The translations under genes and the position numbers were made by a program. Under the pieces are notes generated by a model. The model made no database searches. It was not told the DNA's origin and was given only the letters and a program-made list of their open reading frames with translations. Of a stretch of 64,000 nt of DNA, positions 7,507 to 18,073 are shown piece after piece. Positions within the stretch are counted from its first letter, which is position 1. Every line of letters starts with the position of its first letter. The DNA comes from an uncultured Alphaproteobacteria bacterium (GTDB lineage: Bacteria; Pseudomonadota; Alphaproteobacteria; HIMB59; GCA-002718135): positions 40,588 through 104,587 of the forward strand of contig CABYRE010000002.1 of assembly GCA_902521325.1 (NCBI GenBank). Direction: 5' to 3'.

Positions 7507-8157
7507 ATGAAAAAAATACCCTTAAAAATTTGTGGCATAACAAATGTAAAATCAGTTGAAGTTGCACATAAAAATAAAATAAAATCATTAGGTTTTGCGA
7601 GTAAAAGTTTAAATGGACCAAACACAGCTAGTGATAAAAAAATTCAATCATTAATTAAAGAGTGTAAAAATTATAAAATAGAATCAGTTCTTTTGACTCG
7701 GTATGTATCATTAGATAAAATAATTGAACAAATAGATTTCACAAAACCAAAGACAATTTCATGTTCGTATCATTTTTCCAAAAAAGACTTATTAAAAATA
7801 AAAAATATATTTAAAAGATTAAAAATTGGGATTGCTATTAATCCTGAAAATTTTAATAAAAATTATATTGAGTCAATTAAAAAAATTGTTGATGTAGTTT
7901 ATTTTGATATGAATGTTTATAGAAAAAAAAGCATTAAAAAATACTCATTGAAAAAAAGTATTAAACAAATAGAATTTATTAAAAATAAAAATATTCCTAT
8001 TTATATTGGTGGTGGTATAGATAAGAAAAATGTTTCGAATATTCTTAAACAAACTTCACCTTTTGGTTTGGATATTTCAAGAGGTTTAAAAAATAACCGT
8101 AATTTAATATCTCAAGAAAAGCTTAAAGATTTGTTAAATCAAATTTCTATAGGATAA
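7507..8157 (+). CDS. Phosphoribosylanthranilate isomerase (TrpF)-like TIM-barrel protein, highly diverged and Lys-rich.
   Basis: N-terminal LKICGIT and C-terminal YIGGGI...NV...PFGLDISRGLK match the TrpF pattern (KICGIT ... GVDVSSGVE). It is a lone plus-strand gene, and its 3' end overlaps folK convergently by 24 nt. Confidence 0.6.
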   Translation: MKKIPLKICGITNVKSVEVAHKNKIKSLGFASKSLNGPNTASDKKIQSLIKECKNYKIESVLLTRYVSLDKIIEQIDFTKPKTISCSYHFSKKDLLKIKNIFKRLKIGIAINPENFNKNYIESIKKIVDVVYFDMNVYRKKSIKKYSLKKSIKQIEFIKNKNIPIYIGGGIDKKNVSNILKQTSPFGLDISRGLKNNRNLISQEKLKDLLNQISIG

Positions 8158-8634
8158 TTTTTTAATAATATATTTATTTGTTAATTCTTTAGATAATTGA
8201 TTAATAGATTTTTTTTCAACCGGATGGAGAAGAAAAGGTTTAATATCTAATATAGGATATAAAACAAAATCTCTTTCTTTGGCTCTTGGATGCGGAATAA
8301 TTAGATTGTTGTAATGAAACTTACTAGTTCCAAAAAAAATTATATCAATATCGATACTTCTTGGTCCGTTAACTATTCTTTTATTTTTTTTTAATTTTCT
8401 TTCAATTTTTTGAATAGAATTGATTAATTGAAGAGGCTGTTGATTTGTTTTTAAGATAATTGCACTATTGTAAAAGTTTGACTGATATTTATATCCGTAT
8501 GGCGCTGAAATATAAATATTAGCAAACTTACTTATGTGACCAATTTTATTTAACTCCCTTACTGCACTTCGTAAATTAAGTATTGAATTACCTACATTTG
8601 ACCCAAGGGCTATGATAGTTTCAGTTTGAAACAC
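8134..8634 (-). CDS. folK: 2-amino-4-hydroxy-6-hydroxymethyldihydropteridine pyrophosphokinase.
   Basis: Contains IIALGSNVGN, IDIDIIFF and IPHPRAKERDFVLYPI. Confidence 0.85.
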   Translation of the reverse strand: MFQTETIIALGSNVGNSILNLRSAVRELNKIGHISKFANIYISAPYGYKYQSNFYNSAIILKTNQQPLQLINSIQKIERKLKKNKRIVNGPRSIDIDIIFFGTSKFHYNNLIIPHPRAKERDFVLYPILDIKPFLLHPVEKKSINQLSKELTNKYIIKKLSYRNLI

Positions 8635-8965
8635 TTACTGCTTCTGCTCCATATTTTTTGGCAACAGCTGTTTTATTTATCTTTATTTTTATATTTTTGA
8701 TTTTAAATTTTTTTTCAAGCGCCTTCGATATTTTAGAAATTAAATGTTCAAGAGTGTGTGACTTTGATTCTTTAATATAAGTCTTAAGAAATTTTGTAAT
8801 GGCAGAATAATCTTTAACATTATTGATATTATTTAAATTTAAAGAGTCTTTTACTTTATAGTCAAAGGATAGAGTAACTTTGAGAAGTTGCTTTTTCTTT
8901 CTTTCAAGTTCTGTGATACCTAAATTTGCACTAATGGATAAGTTTTTTATTTCTACTTTAAACAT
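8621..8965 (-). CDS. folB: Dihydroneopterin aldolase.
   Basis: 114 aa. Contains ...ANLGITELERKKKQLLKVTLSFDY... and sits between folP and folK. Confidence 0.75.
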   Translation of the reverse strand: MFKVEIKNLSISANLGITELERKKKQLLKVTLSFDYKVKDSLNLNNINNVKDYSAITKFLKTYIKESKSHTLEHLISKISKALEKKFKIKNIKIKINKTAVAKKYGAEAVSVSN

Positions 8966-9771
8966 AACTTTTTAAAAATTTTTAATGACTGTGAAGTTTC
9001 TTTAACATCATGCACCCTAAATATATCAACACCCTTTTGATAACAATATAAAGCCGAAGCAATAGAGCCTCCTAATCTTTCGTCAGCATTGCTTTGATCA
9101 ATTAGATTTATCCAGCTTTTTCTTGAAGAGCCCAGCAACAATCCATAACCTTTAAACTTAAACTGTTCAATTTTTTGCATGATCTCGATATTTTGATTTA
9201 AATTTTTGCCGAAACCTATTCCAGGATCAAACCATACTTTAGTTGAAGGTATTCTTAATTTTTCTAATTGTTTAATTTTTTTTAAAAAAATTTTCTTAAT
9301 ATCCTGTACTACATTTTTATAAGAATTAATTTTAGATTGCATTGTCTTAGGTGGAGCAGGTGTGTGCATTAAGATTAAACCTGTTTTGAATTTTTTAGAT
9401 AAATAAAATAAATCCTCAGAACCACCAAACACATCATTAATTATATGAGCACCCATGCTTAATGCATATTCTTGTGTCTCAATTTTATTAGTATCAACAG
9501 AGATAACAAATTTGTTTTTTGGTAATTTTTTTAATATAGGATCTAGTCTTTTAACTTCTTCATTATAGGTAAGAGGTTCAGAGCCAGGCCTCGTACTTTC
9601 AGCTCCAATATCAATAATATCTGCTCCATTTTCTGTCATTTTCTTGATATTATTTAGGGCATCCTTTGTCTTAAAACTCTTTCCACCATCACTAAAAGAG
9701 TCGGGCGTAACATTGCATATGCCCATTACTGTTGGTTTATTAAATTTAAAATTATGTTTGCCCAATTTCAT
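8953..9771 (-). CDS. folP: Dihydropteroate synthase.
   Basis: Contains GICNVTPDSFSDGG, DIGAESTRPG and DPGIGFGK. Confidence 0.9.
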   Translation of the reverse strand: MKLGKHNFKFNKPTVMGICNVTPDSFSDGGKSFKTKDALNNIKKMTENGADIIDIGAESTRPGSEPLTYNEEVKRLDPILKKLPKNKFVISVDTNKIETQEYALSMGAHIINDVFGGSEDLFYLSKKFKTGLILMHTPAPPKTMQSKINSYKNVVQDIKKIFLKKIKQLEKLRIPSTKVWFDPGIGFGKNLNQNIEIMQKIEQFKFKGYGLLLGSSRKSWINLIDQSNADERLGGSIASALYCYQKGVDIFRVHDVKETSQSLKIFKKLCLK

Positions 9772-9772
9772 T

Positions 9773-10522
9773 TTATAAAACTTTTGAATATTCTTTTAAT
9801 ATAGACTTGTACATCTTAAGAGAGGATCTGTACCAATTTAATTGATCAATAGAAGAAATACTTACAACTCCCTTGCCAGATCCAACCAAAAGTATTTCAC
9901 TGAATTGATGTAAATTAGATATTAGAATATCTATTTTTTTAATCTTGTATGGAATTGTTTTTGTTAAATATGATAAAGTTATTCCAAAGTAATATGAATT
10001 CTTCGGAATAAATAATTGATTATTTTTCACAAAAATTAAGTTTGTGGTCGACCCCTCTAAAATCTTACTTTTATTATAAAAAAGAATTTCTTCTTTTTGT
10101 AAATTAATTTTTTTTTGTAAAGAAAGTATTTTTTTATATTGTAAGTTTTTAAAAGAAGGTAAGGTTCTTTGGTATCTATAGATATGAGCAGTAAAATTTT
10201 TTTCTTCTTTATTCCTTTTTCGCAAAGATAAAGAAATTAATTTTTTTGTAACTGCCACTCTTAATAAGTGATCATAGTTTTTAATTTTAGAATTAGTACG
10301 TATAAAATTAATAAGAAATTGTTTTGAAACTTTAAAACTAATACCAAAGAAATTTGAATCTTTGTTAAGTTTTTTTAAATGTTGATCTATTAAAACTAAG
10401 TTTGGTTTATTTCCTGAAATCCTTATAGTTGTAAAAACACCATTATACCCCCAAAGAGAATTAAACTTTACATTTTTTAAATCTTTAACGTGATATGACT
10501 TTTTTAATAAGATATTTTCCAT
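9773..10522 (-). CDS. pabC: Aminodeoxychorismate lyase (class IV aminotransferase fold).
   Basis: 249 aa. Contains EGSTTNLIFV and sits between pabA and folP. Overlaps pabA by 38 nt. Confidence 0.65.
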   Translation of the reverse strand: MENILLKKSYHVKDLKNVKFNSLWGYNGVFTTIRISGNKPNLVLIDQHLKKLNKDSNFFGISFKVSKQFLINFIRTNSKIKNYDHLLRVAVTKKLISLSLRKRNKEEKNFTAHIYRYQRTLPSFKNLQYKKILSLQKKINLQKEEILFYNKSKILEGSTTNLIFVKNNQLFIPKNSYYFGITLSYLTKTIPYKIKKIDILISNLHQFSEILLVGSGKGVVSISSIDQLNWYRSSLKMYKSILKEYSKVL

Positions 10523-11042
10523 TTGGAGTTAAAAAGGAGTCTGGGTGAAACTGAAATCCATATACTTGATTCATATCATCTTCAATTGCCATTGCCACGT
10601 TTGTTTTTGCACAACGCATTGTAATTGTCATTGATTTTGAAATAAATGGCTCTTCTAATTTAAGTGAATGATATCTGCCGCCAAGGAGATCAGCATTTTT
10701 TTTAAAAATTGATTTGTCACTTATAATTTTTATACGACTTTGATAACCATGTAAGATATTTTTTTGTTGAACTATTTTACCTCCTTCAGAGTGCACTATG
10801 TGTTGGAAACCTAGGCAGATTCCGAGGATTTTTTTCTTTCCCTTATATTTTTTATAAACCTCTGAAGTTAAGGGATAATCTTTGGGCTCACCAGGCCCAG
10901 GTGAAAGAACTATTGTTGAAGCTTTACGAAGTTTTTTATAATTAATTTCATAGTAATTAGATACGATAGTTGGCTCTATACTATCTAATAAGTGAGCAAG
11001 ATTGTATGTAAATGAGTCTTCGTGATCAATTAAATAAATCAT
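10485..11042 (-). CDS. pabA: Aminodeoxychorismate synthase glutamine amidotransferase subunit.
   Basis: Contains ILGICLGFQ (catalytic Cys) and FQFHPDS. Confidence 0.85.
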   Translation of the reverse strand: MIYLIDHEDSFTYNLAHLLDSIEPTIVSNYYEINYKKLRKASTIVLSPGPGEPKDYPLTSEVYKKYKGKKKILGICLGFQHIVHSEGGKIVQQKNILHGYQSRIKIISDKSIFKKNADLLGGRYHSLKLEEPFISKSMTITMRCAKTNVAMAIEDDMNQVYGFQFHPDSFLTPNGKYLIKKVISR

Positions 11043-12247
11043 TAAATAAACAAATCTAATAGAGATTTGGCCTTTATATAGTTTTCATTATATTCTTTTT
11101 TTGCAGTACTTCCTAATATTACTCCACTAGCAACAGATAATTCAATAGCATTTTTAAAATTAAGTAGTGTCCTTATCATTATATTAAAACGCATATCTCC
11201 ATTCGAATGTATGATCCCAAAACTGCCAGTATAAATATTTCTATCAGATTTCTCTTTTTGATTTAAAAGTTGAATAGTGCTTATTTTTGGACAACCAATT
11301 ACTGATCCGCCAGGCATTAACGATGAGATTATGTCATGATTAGTTATTTTGTTTTTCAAAACACCTTTGATTGTTGTAACGTAATGGAAGAGATCTCTAT
11401 ATTCTTCAACTGTTTTTAATTTATCTATTTTTACTGAACCAGTTTTACAAATTTTTGAAAGATCGTTTCTTTCCATGTCCACTATCATATTGTGTTCTTT
11501 AGTTTCTTTTTCATTTCTTCTAAAAAAAGCTAATGCTTTATTGTGATTTATTTTTTTAGTTTTTCTTAAAGTACCTGCGATAGGTTTAGTTTTTATCAGA
11601 TCTCCTTTTTTTAATAGCAGTGTTTCAGGTGAGCAACTAATGATACTATAATCCTTATCTCTAATTAGAAAACTTTCTGGAGACTCATTAATTTGCATTA
11701 ATTTCCAGAAAAGATCTATCGCGTTTATATTGCCTTTTTTTGAGTAAGTCTGAGCAATTTTTATTTGATAAGTTTTACCTTGCTTAATATTTTTTGAGAA
11801 ATCATCAAATAGTTTAGAGTACTGTTGTAGAGTTAAATTTAAATTAAAATTCTTATTTAATTTCGAGTATTTTTTTGAATTAGTTTTAATATTTCTAAAA
11901 TTGGTTTTGGTACTTTGAATTATAATTTTTTTACCAATACTAATTTTTGTTTTAGGTTTATAAAAAAGTCCACTATAAAAATTCGTAGTTTTTTGTTTTG
12001 GAAGTTTTATTCCAATATTATCACAAAGGAGTTTGTATCCAAAAAAACCTATGTAACAATTTAAACCGTCAATACTTGAGTTCTTTTCTTGGGATTGTAT
12101 ATTTAAAAAATTTTTTATATTTTTTTTATCTACAATTATTTTTTTAGAAAAATCAGTATATACGTCAAAGCCATTATCATTTTTATAAATAATAATAGGC
12201 TTATCAGATTGATATAATTTATCTAAATATTCGTTATTGTTCAGCAC
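11042..12247 (-). CDS. pabB: Aminodeoxychorismate synthase component I (chorismate-binding enzyme).
   Basis: 401 aa. Contains PGGSVIGCPK, MERNDL and SPE(S/T)FL-like SPESFL. Confidence 0.8.
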   Translation of the reverse strand: MLNNNEYLDKLYQSDKPIIIYKNDNGFDVYTDFSKKIIVDKKNIKNFLNIQSQEKNSSIDGLNCYIGFFGYKLLCDNIGIKLPKQKTTNFYSGLFYKPKTKISIGKKIIIQSTKTNFRNIKTNSKKYSKLNKNFNLNLTLQQYSKLFDDFSKNIKQGKTYQIKIAQTYSKKGNINAIDLFWKLMQINESPESFLIRDKDYSIISCSPETLLLKKGDLIKTKPIAGTLRKTKKINHNKALAFFRRNEKETKEHNMIVDMERNDLSKICKTGSVKIDKLKTVEEYRDLFHYVTTIKGVLKNKITNHDIISSLMPGGSVIGCPKISTIQLLNQKEKSDRNIYTGSFGIIHSNGDMRFNIMIRTLLNFKNAIELSVASGVILGSTAKKEYNENYIKAKSLLDLFI

Positions 12248-12275
12248 TGGATTCTATTATAATTAGGATACTTAT

Positions 12276-12698
12276 ATGAAAAGTATTTTAACTAAAATAT
12301 TCTTTTTTTGCTTATCCGTCACATGGTCGTCTTATCTTTATGGTCATGGAACAATAATTTTTTCCAACGTTGAACATGGAGAGGGATATATAGATGTTAA
12401 AATATATGACTCCAAAGAGAGTTTTTTAGATGAGGAATTAGCTATTGAGAGTGTGAGAAAAAGAGTTCAAAAAGGTGAGGTTGTGGTCCCTTTAAGTAAA
12501 ATTCATGAAGGAAAAATTGCAATAGTTGCCTATCATGATGAAGATTCTAATGGAGAATTAAAGACAGGTTTGTTCTGGCGGCCAAAAGAAGGTTTTGCTT
12601 TTAGCAATAATTATCAGCCTAAAGGCCCTCCATCTTTTGAAAAAGCGGCAATTATTTTAGTTCACGGCGAACCCGTGGTAATAGAACTTAATTATTAA
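12276..12698 (+). CDS. DUF2141 secreted protein.
   Basis: Has a signal peptide. Contains ...AYHDEDSNGELKTGLFWRPKEGFAFSNNYQPKGPPSFEKA, the DUF2141 pattern. Confidence 0.65.
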   Translation: MKSILTKIFFFCLSVTWSSYLYGHGTIIFSNVEHGEGYIDVKIYDSKESFLDEELAIESVRKRVQKGEVVVPLSKIHEGKIAIVAYHDEDSNGELKTGLFWRPKEGFAFSNNYQPKGPPSFEKAAIILVHGEPVVIELNY

Positions 12699-12707
12699 AA
12701 AATATTG

Positions 12708-14090
12708 ATGTCATTACAATTACAGAACACACTAAGTGGTAAAAAAGAATTTTTTAAACCAGTTAATCCTAATCATGTGAGAATTTATGCATGTGGCCCA
12801 ACTGTTTATAATTTTGCACATATTGGAAATGCAAGAATGGCAGTGGTTAACGATTTATTAGTTCGTGTTTTAAAAACCCAGTATAAGAAAGTAACATATG
12901 TATCTAACATCACCGATATTGATGATAAAATTATAGATGCATCTAAAGAAACTGGTGAGGACATCAGTGTTATTACATCAAAATATACTGAAATATACAA
13001 TAATGATATGAGTGCCCTTGGTGTAAACCTTCCTGATATTCAACCAAGAGCAACTGATCATATAAAAGAAATGATTGAGTTAATAAAAAAATTAATTGAG
13101 GAAGAGAAAGCTTATGAAAAAGAAGGGCATGTTTTATTTCATGTGCCAGCTTTTGAGAATTATGGAATTCTTTCAAAAAGAAATAGAGATGAACAAATAG
13201 CTGGAAGTCGTGTTGAGGTTGCTCCTTTTAAAAAAGATCCAGCTGATTTTATTTTGTGGAAACCTTCCCCTTCTTCACTGCCAGGTTGGGATTCACCTTG
13301 GGGATTTGGAAGGCCAGGATGGCATTTAGAATGTTCTGCAATGTCAGAAAAATCATTAGGTCTTCCTTTTGATATCCATAGCGGTGGTATTGACTTGGTG
13401 TTTCCACATCATGAAAATGAAATAGCTCAAACTTGTTCAATTTCTGAAAATAAACATCCTGAAGATTTTGCAGCCTATTGGTTTCATAATGGATTTGTAA
13501 ATGTTGAAGGTGAAAAAATGTCAAAATCGATTGGTAATATAAGATTAGTTCACGAACTCAATAAAAAATATAAAGGAGAAGTTTTACGACTAACATTATT
13601 ATCAGCTCACTACAAACAGCCATTAAACTGGACTGAAGACATCATTGAACAAAATAATAAAATGATTGATAGACTTTATAGAGTACTATTAGAGCTATCA
13701 GAAGTTGAAGTAGATTCTAAGTTACCTTGTGAGTCAATAATGAAATCAATTTTAGATGATTTAAACACGCCGAAAGTAATTGCAAAACTTAATGAGGAAG
13801 CAAATGATGTCTCATCTGCATCTGATGAAAGAAAAAAAGAAATCAAAAATAATCTCCTTTCAGCTGGCAAAATATTAGGTATTCTTGAGAAAGATCCAAG
13901 AAATTGGTTAGGTTATAATCAAAAAAATGATGAAAATGCTGAAGAAATTGAAAGGTTGATAAATGAACGCAATGAAGCTAGACGCAGTAAAAATTTTAAT
14001 TTGGCAGATAGTATAAGGGATATATTAAAAGATAAAGGTATAGAAATAGAAGATACTGATAAAGGAACGATTTGGCGGAAATCTAAATGA
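12708..14090 (+). CDS. cysS: Cysteine--tRNA ligase.
   Basis: HIGNAR (HIGH) and KMSKS motifs. The ORF-track start at 12705 is a TTG directly followed by ATG at 12708, and I prefer the ATG. Confidence 0.92.
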   Translation: MSLQLQNTLSGKKEFFKPVNPNHVRIYACGPTVYNFAHIGNARMAVVNDLLVRVLKTQYKKVTYVSNITDIDDKIIDASKETGEDISVITSKYTEIYNNDMSALGVNLPDIQPRATDHIKEMIELIKKLIEEEKAYEKEGHVLFHVPAFENYGILSKRNRDEQIAGSRVEVAPFKKDPADFILWKPSPSSLPGWDSPWGFGRPGWHLECSAMSEKSLGLPFDIHSGGIDLVFPHHENEIAQTCSISENKHPEDFAAYWFHNGFVNVEGEKMSKSIGNIRLVHELNKKYKGEVLRLTLLSAHYKQPLNWTEDIIEQNNKMIDRLYRVLLELSEVEVDSKLPCESIMKSILDDLNTPKVIAKLNEEANDVSSASDERKKEIKNNLLSAGKILGILEKDPRNWLGYNQKNDENAEEIERLINERNEARRSKNFNLADSIRDILKDKGIEIEDTDKGTIWRKSK

Positions 14091-16012
14091 GTGAAAAGAT
14101 AATAATTACATTCCCAGATGGAAATAAAAAAGAAGTTGATAAAGGCATAAATGGTCTAGATTTAGCTTCACAAATTTCTAAATCTCTTGCCAAAGAGTCA
14201 GTCGCTATAAAAATTAATAATGAAATAAAAGATATTAGTTTGCCTATTAATAGTGATGCGTCAGTAGCAATTTTAAAAAGAGATAGTGATGAAGCCCTTG
14301 AATTAATTCGACATGACTGTGCTCATGTAATGGCAGAAGCTGTACAAGAATTATTCCCAGGAACACAAGTTACAATTGGTCCAGCTATTGAAAATGGTTT
14401 TTATTATGATTTTGCAAGAGATGAGCCTTTTACTGTTGCTGATCTTCCAAAAATTGAAAAGAGAATGCATGATATCATACAAAGAAATAAAAATTTTATA
14501 AGAGAAGTATGGTCTAAAGAAGAATCAATAAAACATTTTAAAGGTAAGGGTGAGGACTACAAAGTTGAATTAATAAATGATTTACCTAATAATGAGGAAA
14601 TCAGTATTTACAAACAGGGTGACTGGTTAGACTTGTGCCGGGGCCCTCACATGGTTTCAACTAAACAAATTGGTAAAGCATTTAAATTAATGAAGGTTGC
14701 TGGTGCTTACTGGCGAGGTGATTCATCCAATGCAATGTTAACAAGAATTTATGGAACGGCATGGGCAACAGAAAAAGATCTTGAACAGCACCTTTTACAA
14801 ATTGAAGAAGCAGAGAAAAGAGATCACCGAAAACTAGGACGAGAAATGGATTTATTTCATTTTCAGGAAGAGGCTCCTGGAGCGGTGTTTTGGCATCCTA
14901 AAGGTTGGACATTATTCCAATCCTTAATAAATTATATGCGAAAGAGACAAGACAATGCAGGTTACGTAGAAACGAATACACCAGACATGATGGATAAGTC
15001 TTTATGGGAGACCTCTGGCCACTGGGATAAATTTAGTGACATGATGTTTAGAACTGAAGCAAAAGACGATAAAATTTATGCAATCAAACCCATGAATTGT
15101 CCTGGCGCTGTAGAAATTTTTAAACAAGGATTAAAAAGTTATAGGGATCTACCATTTCTATTATCTGAGTTTGGAAAAGTACATCGTTATGAACCATCAG
15201 GTGCCCTTCATGGATTAATGCGAGTAAGAGCATTTACACAAGATGATGCACATATATTTTGTACAGAGGATCAAATTACACAAGAGAGTAAGACGGTATG
15301 TGATCTGATACTTAGTATCTATAAAGATTTCGGTTTTGATAATGTTAGAATTAAATTTTCTGATCGTCCTGAAAAACGCGTTGGAGATGATGCTGTTTGG
15401 GATAAAGCTGAGGCTGCGTTAATGCAAGCTATGGAAGCAACAGGCCTTGAATACTCACTAAATCCAGGAGAGGGAGCATTTTATGGTCCAAAATTAGAGT
15501 TTGTTTTACGTGATGCAATTGGCAGAGACTGGCAATGCGGCACACTGCAAGTAGATTTAAATTTACCTGGAAGATTGGGAGCTACTTATGTGGGAGAAGA
15601 TGGTAATAAAAAAATACCAGTCATGTTACATAGAGCACTATTTGGTTCCTTAGAGAGATTCACCGGTATTATAATTGAGCATTATGCAGGTCATGTTCCG
15701 TTTTGGCTTTCACCGTTGCAAGCAGTAGTTGCTACAATTACATCTGATACTGATGAGTATGCTTACGAGGTACAAAAGGTATTAGTGTCAAAAGGAATTA
15801 GAGCCGAAATAGATACTCGTAATGAAAAAATTGGTTATAAGATACGTGAACACAGTAATAGCAAAGTGCCAGCAATTATTGCTGTTGGAAAAAAAGAAGC
15901 TCAAGATAAAACAGTATCTGTTAGAAGAATTGGATCTTCTGAAACAAAGACCTTTAAATTAGAAGATATTGCTACTAGCTTATCTAAAGAAGCAAAATCA
16001 CCAATTGAATAA
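14087..16012 (+). CDS. thrS: Threonine--tRNA ligase.
   Basis: 641 aa with an N-terminal TGS region. Contains ...RHDCAHVMA..., the class II core ...FTQDDAHIF... and [11 protein letters not shown]. Its ATGA start overlaps the cysS stop. Confidence 0.92.
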   Translation: MSEKIIITFPDGNKKEVDKGINGLDLASQISKSLAKESVAIKINNEIKDISLPINSDASVAILKRDSDEALELIRHDCAHVMAEAVQELFPGTQVTIGPAIENGFYYDFARDEPFTVADLPKIEKRMHDIIQRNKNFIREVWSKEESIKHFKGKGEDYKVELINDLPNNEEISIYKQGDWLDLCRGPHMVSTKQIGKAFKLMKVAGAYWRGDSSNAMLTRIYGTAWATEKDLEQHLLQIEEAEKRDHRKLGREMDLFHFQEEAPGAVFWHPKGWTLFQSLINYMRKRQDNAGYVETNTPDMMDKSLWETSGHWDKFSDMMFRTEAKDDKIYAIKPMNCPGAVEIFKQGLKSYRDLPFLLSEFGKVHRYEPSGALHGLMRVRAFTQDDAHIFCTEDQITQESKTVCDLILSIYKDFGFDNVRIKFSDRPEKRVGDDAVWDKAEAALMQAMEATGLEYSLNPGEGAFYGPKLEFVLRDAIGRDWQCGTLQVDLNLPGRLGATYVGEDGNKKIPVMLHRALFGSLERFTGIIIEHYAGHVPFWLSPLQAVVATITSDTDEYAYEVQKVLVSKGIRAEIDTRNEKIGYKIREHSNSKVPAIIAVGKKEAQDKTVSVRRIGSSETKTFKLEDIATSLSKEAKSPIE

Positions 16013-16015
16013 ACA

Positions 16016-17017
16016 ATGAATAACATGCAAGGTAAGTTTCCAAGTACAAGACTTAGACGTAATAGAATGAAAGAATTTTCTCGTCGTCTAGTTGCTGAAA
16101 ATACACTTAGTGTTAATGATTTAATTTTACCTCTATTTGTATGCGAGGGAAACAAAGTTGATGATCCTATTAATTCAATGCCTGGTGTTAGCAGATACTC
16201 TATTGATAATCTTTTAAATCAAGTAGAGAAAGCTGTTAAATTTAATATTCCTGCTATTGCTATATTTCCACAAATTGAAAGTGATCTTAAAAATTCTGAG
16301 GGAAGTTTAGCTGTAGATGAAAATAATTTGGTGTGCAGATCAATTAAAAGTATCAAAAAGGATTTTCCAAATATTGGTATTATATGTGATGTTGCCTTAG
16401 ATCCTTTTACTGATCATGGGCATGATGGTTTAGTTATAAGTGATAAAATAGATAATGATAAAACTTTGGAGGTTTTGGAGCAACAGGCTCTAGTCCAAGC
16501 AAATGCTGGTTGTGATGTAATCGCCCCGTCAGATATGATGGATGGAAGAGTTGGAAGAATAAGAACTGCATTAGATTCAAATAATTTAACAGATACTCTC
16601 ATACTTTCTTACGCTGCTAAATATGCTTCAGGTTTTTACGGTCCTTTTAGAGATGCTATAGGCTCTGGTTCTAATTTAGGTAAAGATGGTAAATTAACAT
16701 ATCAAATGGATCCATCGAACAGTGATGAAGCAATTAGAGAAGTTGGATTAGATATAAGTGAAGGAGCAGATATGGTAATGGTTAAGCCTGGTATGCCTTA
16801 TCTTGATATTATTTCTAGAATAAAATCAGAATTTAAAGTTCCAACCTTTGCCTACCAAGTATCTGGTGAATATTCGATGATAAAAGAGTCAATTATTAAA
16901 GGTTGGCTAAATGAGAAAGTTATAATGGAATCTCTTTTATCTTTTAAAAGAGCTGGAGCAAATGGTATACTGACTTACTTTGCATTAGAAGCTGCTGAAA
17001 AATTAAAAAATGAATAA
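16016..17017 (+). CDS. hemB: Porphobilinogen synthase (delta-aminolevulinate dehydratase).
   Basis: Contains [24 protein letters not shown] and YQVSGEY. Confidence 0.9.
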   Translation: MNNMQGKFPSTRLRRNRMKEFSRRLVAENTLSVNDLILPLFVCEGNKVDDPINSMPGVSRYSIDNLLNQVEKAVKFNIPAIAIFPQIESDLKNSEGSLAVDENNLVCRSIKSIKKDFPNIGIICDVALDPFTDHGHDGLVISDKIDNDKTLEVLEQQALVQANAGCDVIAPSDMMDGRVGRIRTALDSNNLTDTLILSYAAKYASGFYGPFRDAIGSGSNLGKDGKLTYQMDPSNSDEAIREVGLDISEGADMVMVKPGMPYLDIISRIKSEFKVPTFAYQVSGEYSMIKESIIKGWLNEKVIMESLLSFKRAGANGILTYFALEAAEKLKNE

Positions 17018-17483
17018 CATTCAATTTGAAAAAAGAAAATCTATAGAACAAGTTGAGGAATCAAACGAGCTTGCTCCAAAATTTGATTCGAATGGTCTTA
17101 TACCAGTTGTAACGACTGACTTTTCTTCGGGTGAGTTACTTATGCAAGGCTATATGAATGAAGAAGCTTTTAAAAAAACTATAAGTTTGGGTGAAGCTGT
17201 ATATTATTCTAGAAGTAGAAATACTCTTTGGCATAAAGGTAAAACAAGTGGATTAACTCAAAAAATAAAAGAAATAAGAATTGATGATGATCAAGATTGT
17301 GTTTGGTTAAGAGTTGATGTCAAAGGTGGCGCCAGCTGTCATGTGGGATATAGATCATGTTTTTATAGAAGCATTCCTTTGGATGGTTCTAGCTCTAAAG
17401 TTATTCTTAAATTTGAAGAAAAAGAAAAAGTTTTTGATCCTGAAGAAGTATACAAAGGTGCCCCAAATCCTACTAAACTATAA
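17010..17483 (+). CDS. hisI: Phosphoribosyl-AMP cyclohydrolase.
   Basis: Contains ...LIPVVTTD...[13 protein letters not shown]...[16 protein letters not shown]... and [10 protein letters not shown]. Confidence 0.85.
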   Translation: MNNIQFEKRKSIEQVEESNELAPKFDSNGLIPVVTTDFSSGELLMQGYMNEEAFKKTISLGEAVYYSRSRNTLWHKGKTSGLTQKIKEIRIDDDQDCVWLRVDVKGGASCHVGYRSCFYRSIPLDGSSSKVILKFEEKEKVFDPEEVYKGAPNPTKL

Positions 17484-18073
17484 TGTCAGACAAATTAAAG
17501 TTTATTGAAACTAGTAAACTTCCAACAGATATTGGGGAGTTCACTGTACATGCCTTTACAGATGAAAATGAATCTAAAGATCATTTAGCAATATGTATGG
17601 GTGACTTGCTTACTGATGAGCCAGTTTTATCAAGAATTCATTCGCAGTGTATTACAGGTGAATCATTTTTTAGTATGAGATGTGATTGTAGATTTCAACT
17701 AACAGAATCATTAAAACAAATTGCCCAAAATGGCAGAGGAGTAATTTTTTATCTTCAGCAAGAGGGAAGAGGTATTGGTCTTTCAAATAAAATTAAGGCA
17801 TATAGCTTACAAGACAGAGGACTAGATACCGTTGAAGCTAATCATCAATTAGGATTTAAAGATGATGAGAGAACTTATGAAAATATTGCTGGAATGGTGA
17901 AATATCTAGCAATTAAAAAATTGGACTTGATGACAAATAATCCGAAAAAAATTAAGGCACTTAAAGATATGGGTATTGAGGTAAATCAGAGAATTCCTCT
18001 TTTTTCTGATACTAATAAATATAATGAGAAATATATTTCTACAAAAAAAAGTAAACTTGGTCATTTAATTTAA
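17483..18073 (+). CDS. ribA: GTP cyclohydrolase II (monofunctional).
   Basis: Contains RIHSQCITGE...CDCRFQL, LQQEGRGIGL and HQLGF..DER.Y. Confidence 0.88.
   Translation: MSDKLKFIETSKLPTDIGEFTVHAFTDENESKDHLAICMGDLLTDEPVLSRIHSQCITGESFFSMRCDCRFQLTESLKQIAQNGRGVIFYLQQEGRGIGLSNKIKAYSLQDRGLDTVEANHQLGFKDDERTYENIAGMVKYLAIKKLDLMTNNPKKIKALKDMGIEVNQRIPLFSDTNKYNEKYISTKKSKLGHLI

Noticed and set aside
12705-12707. Tandem TTG-ATG start pattern, which makes several track ORFs begin 'MM' or carry short extensions (12705, 30751, 49756, 48378).
   Set aside because: This is an artefact of allowing TTG as a start codon. In each case I prefer the adjacent or next ATG. It has no biological significance.
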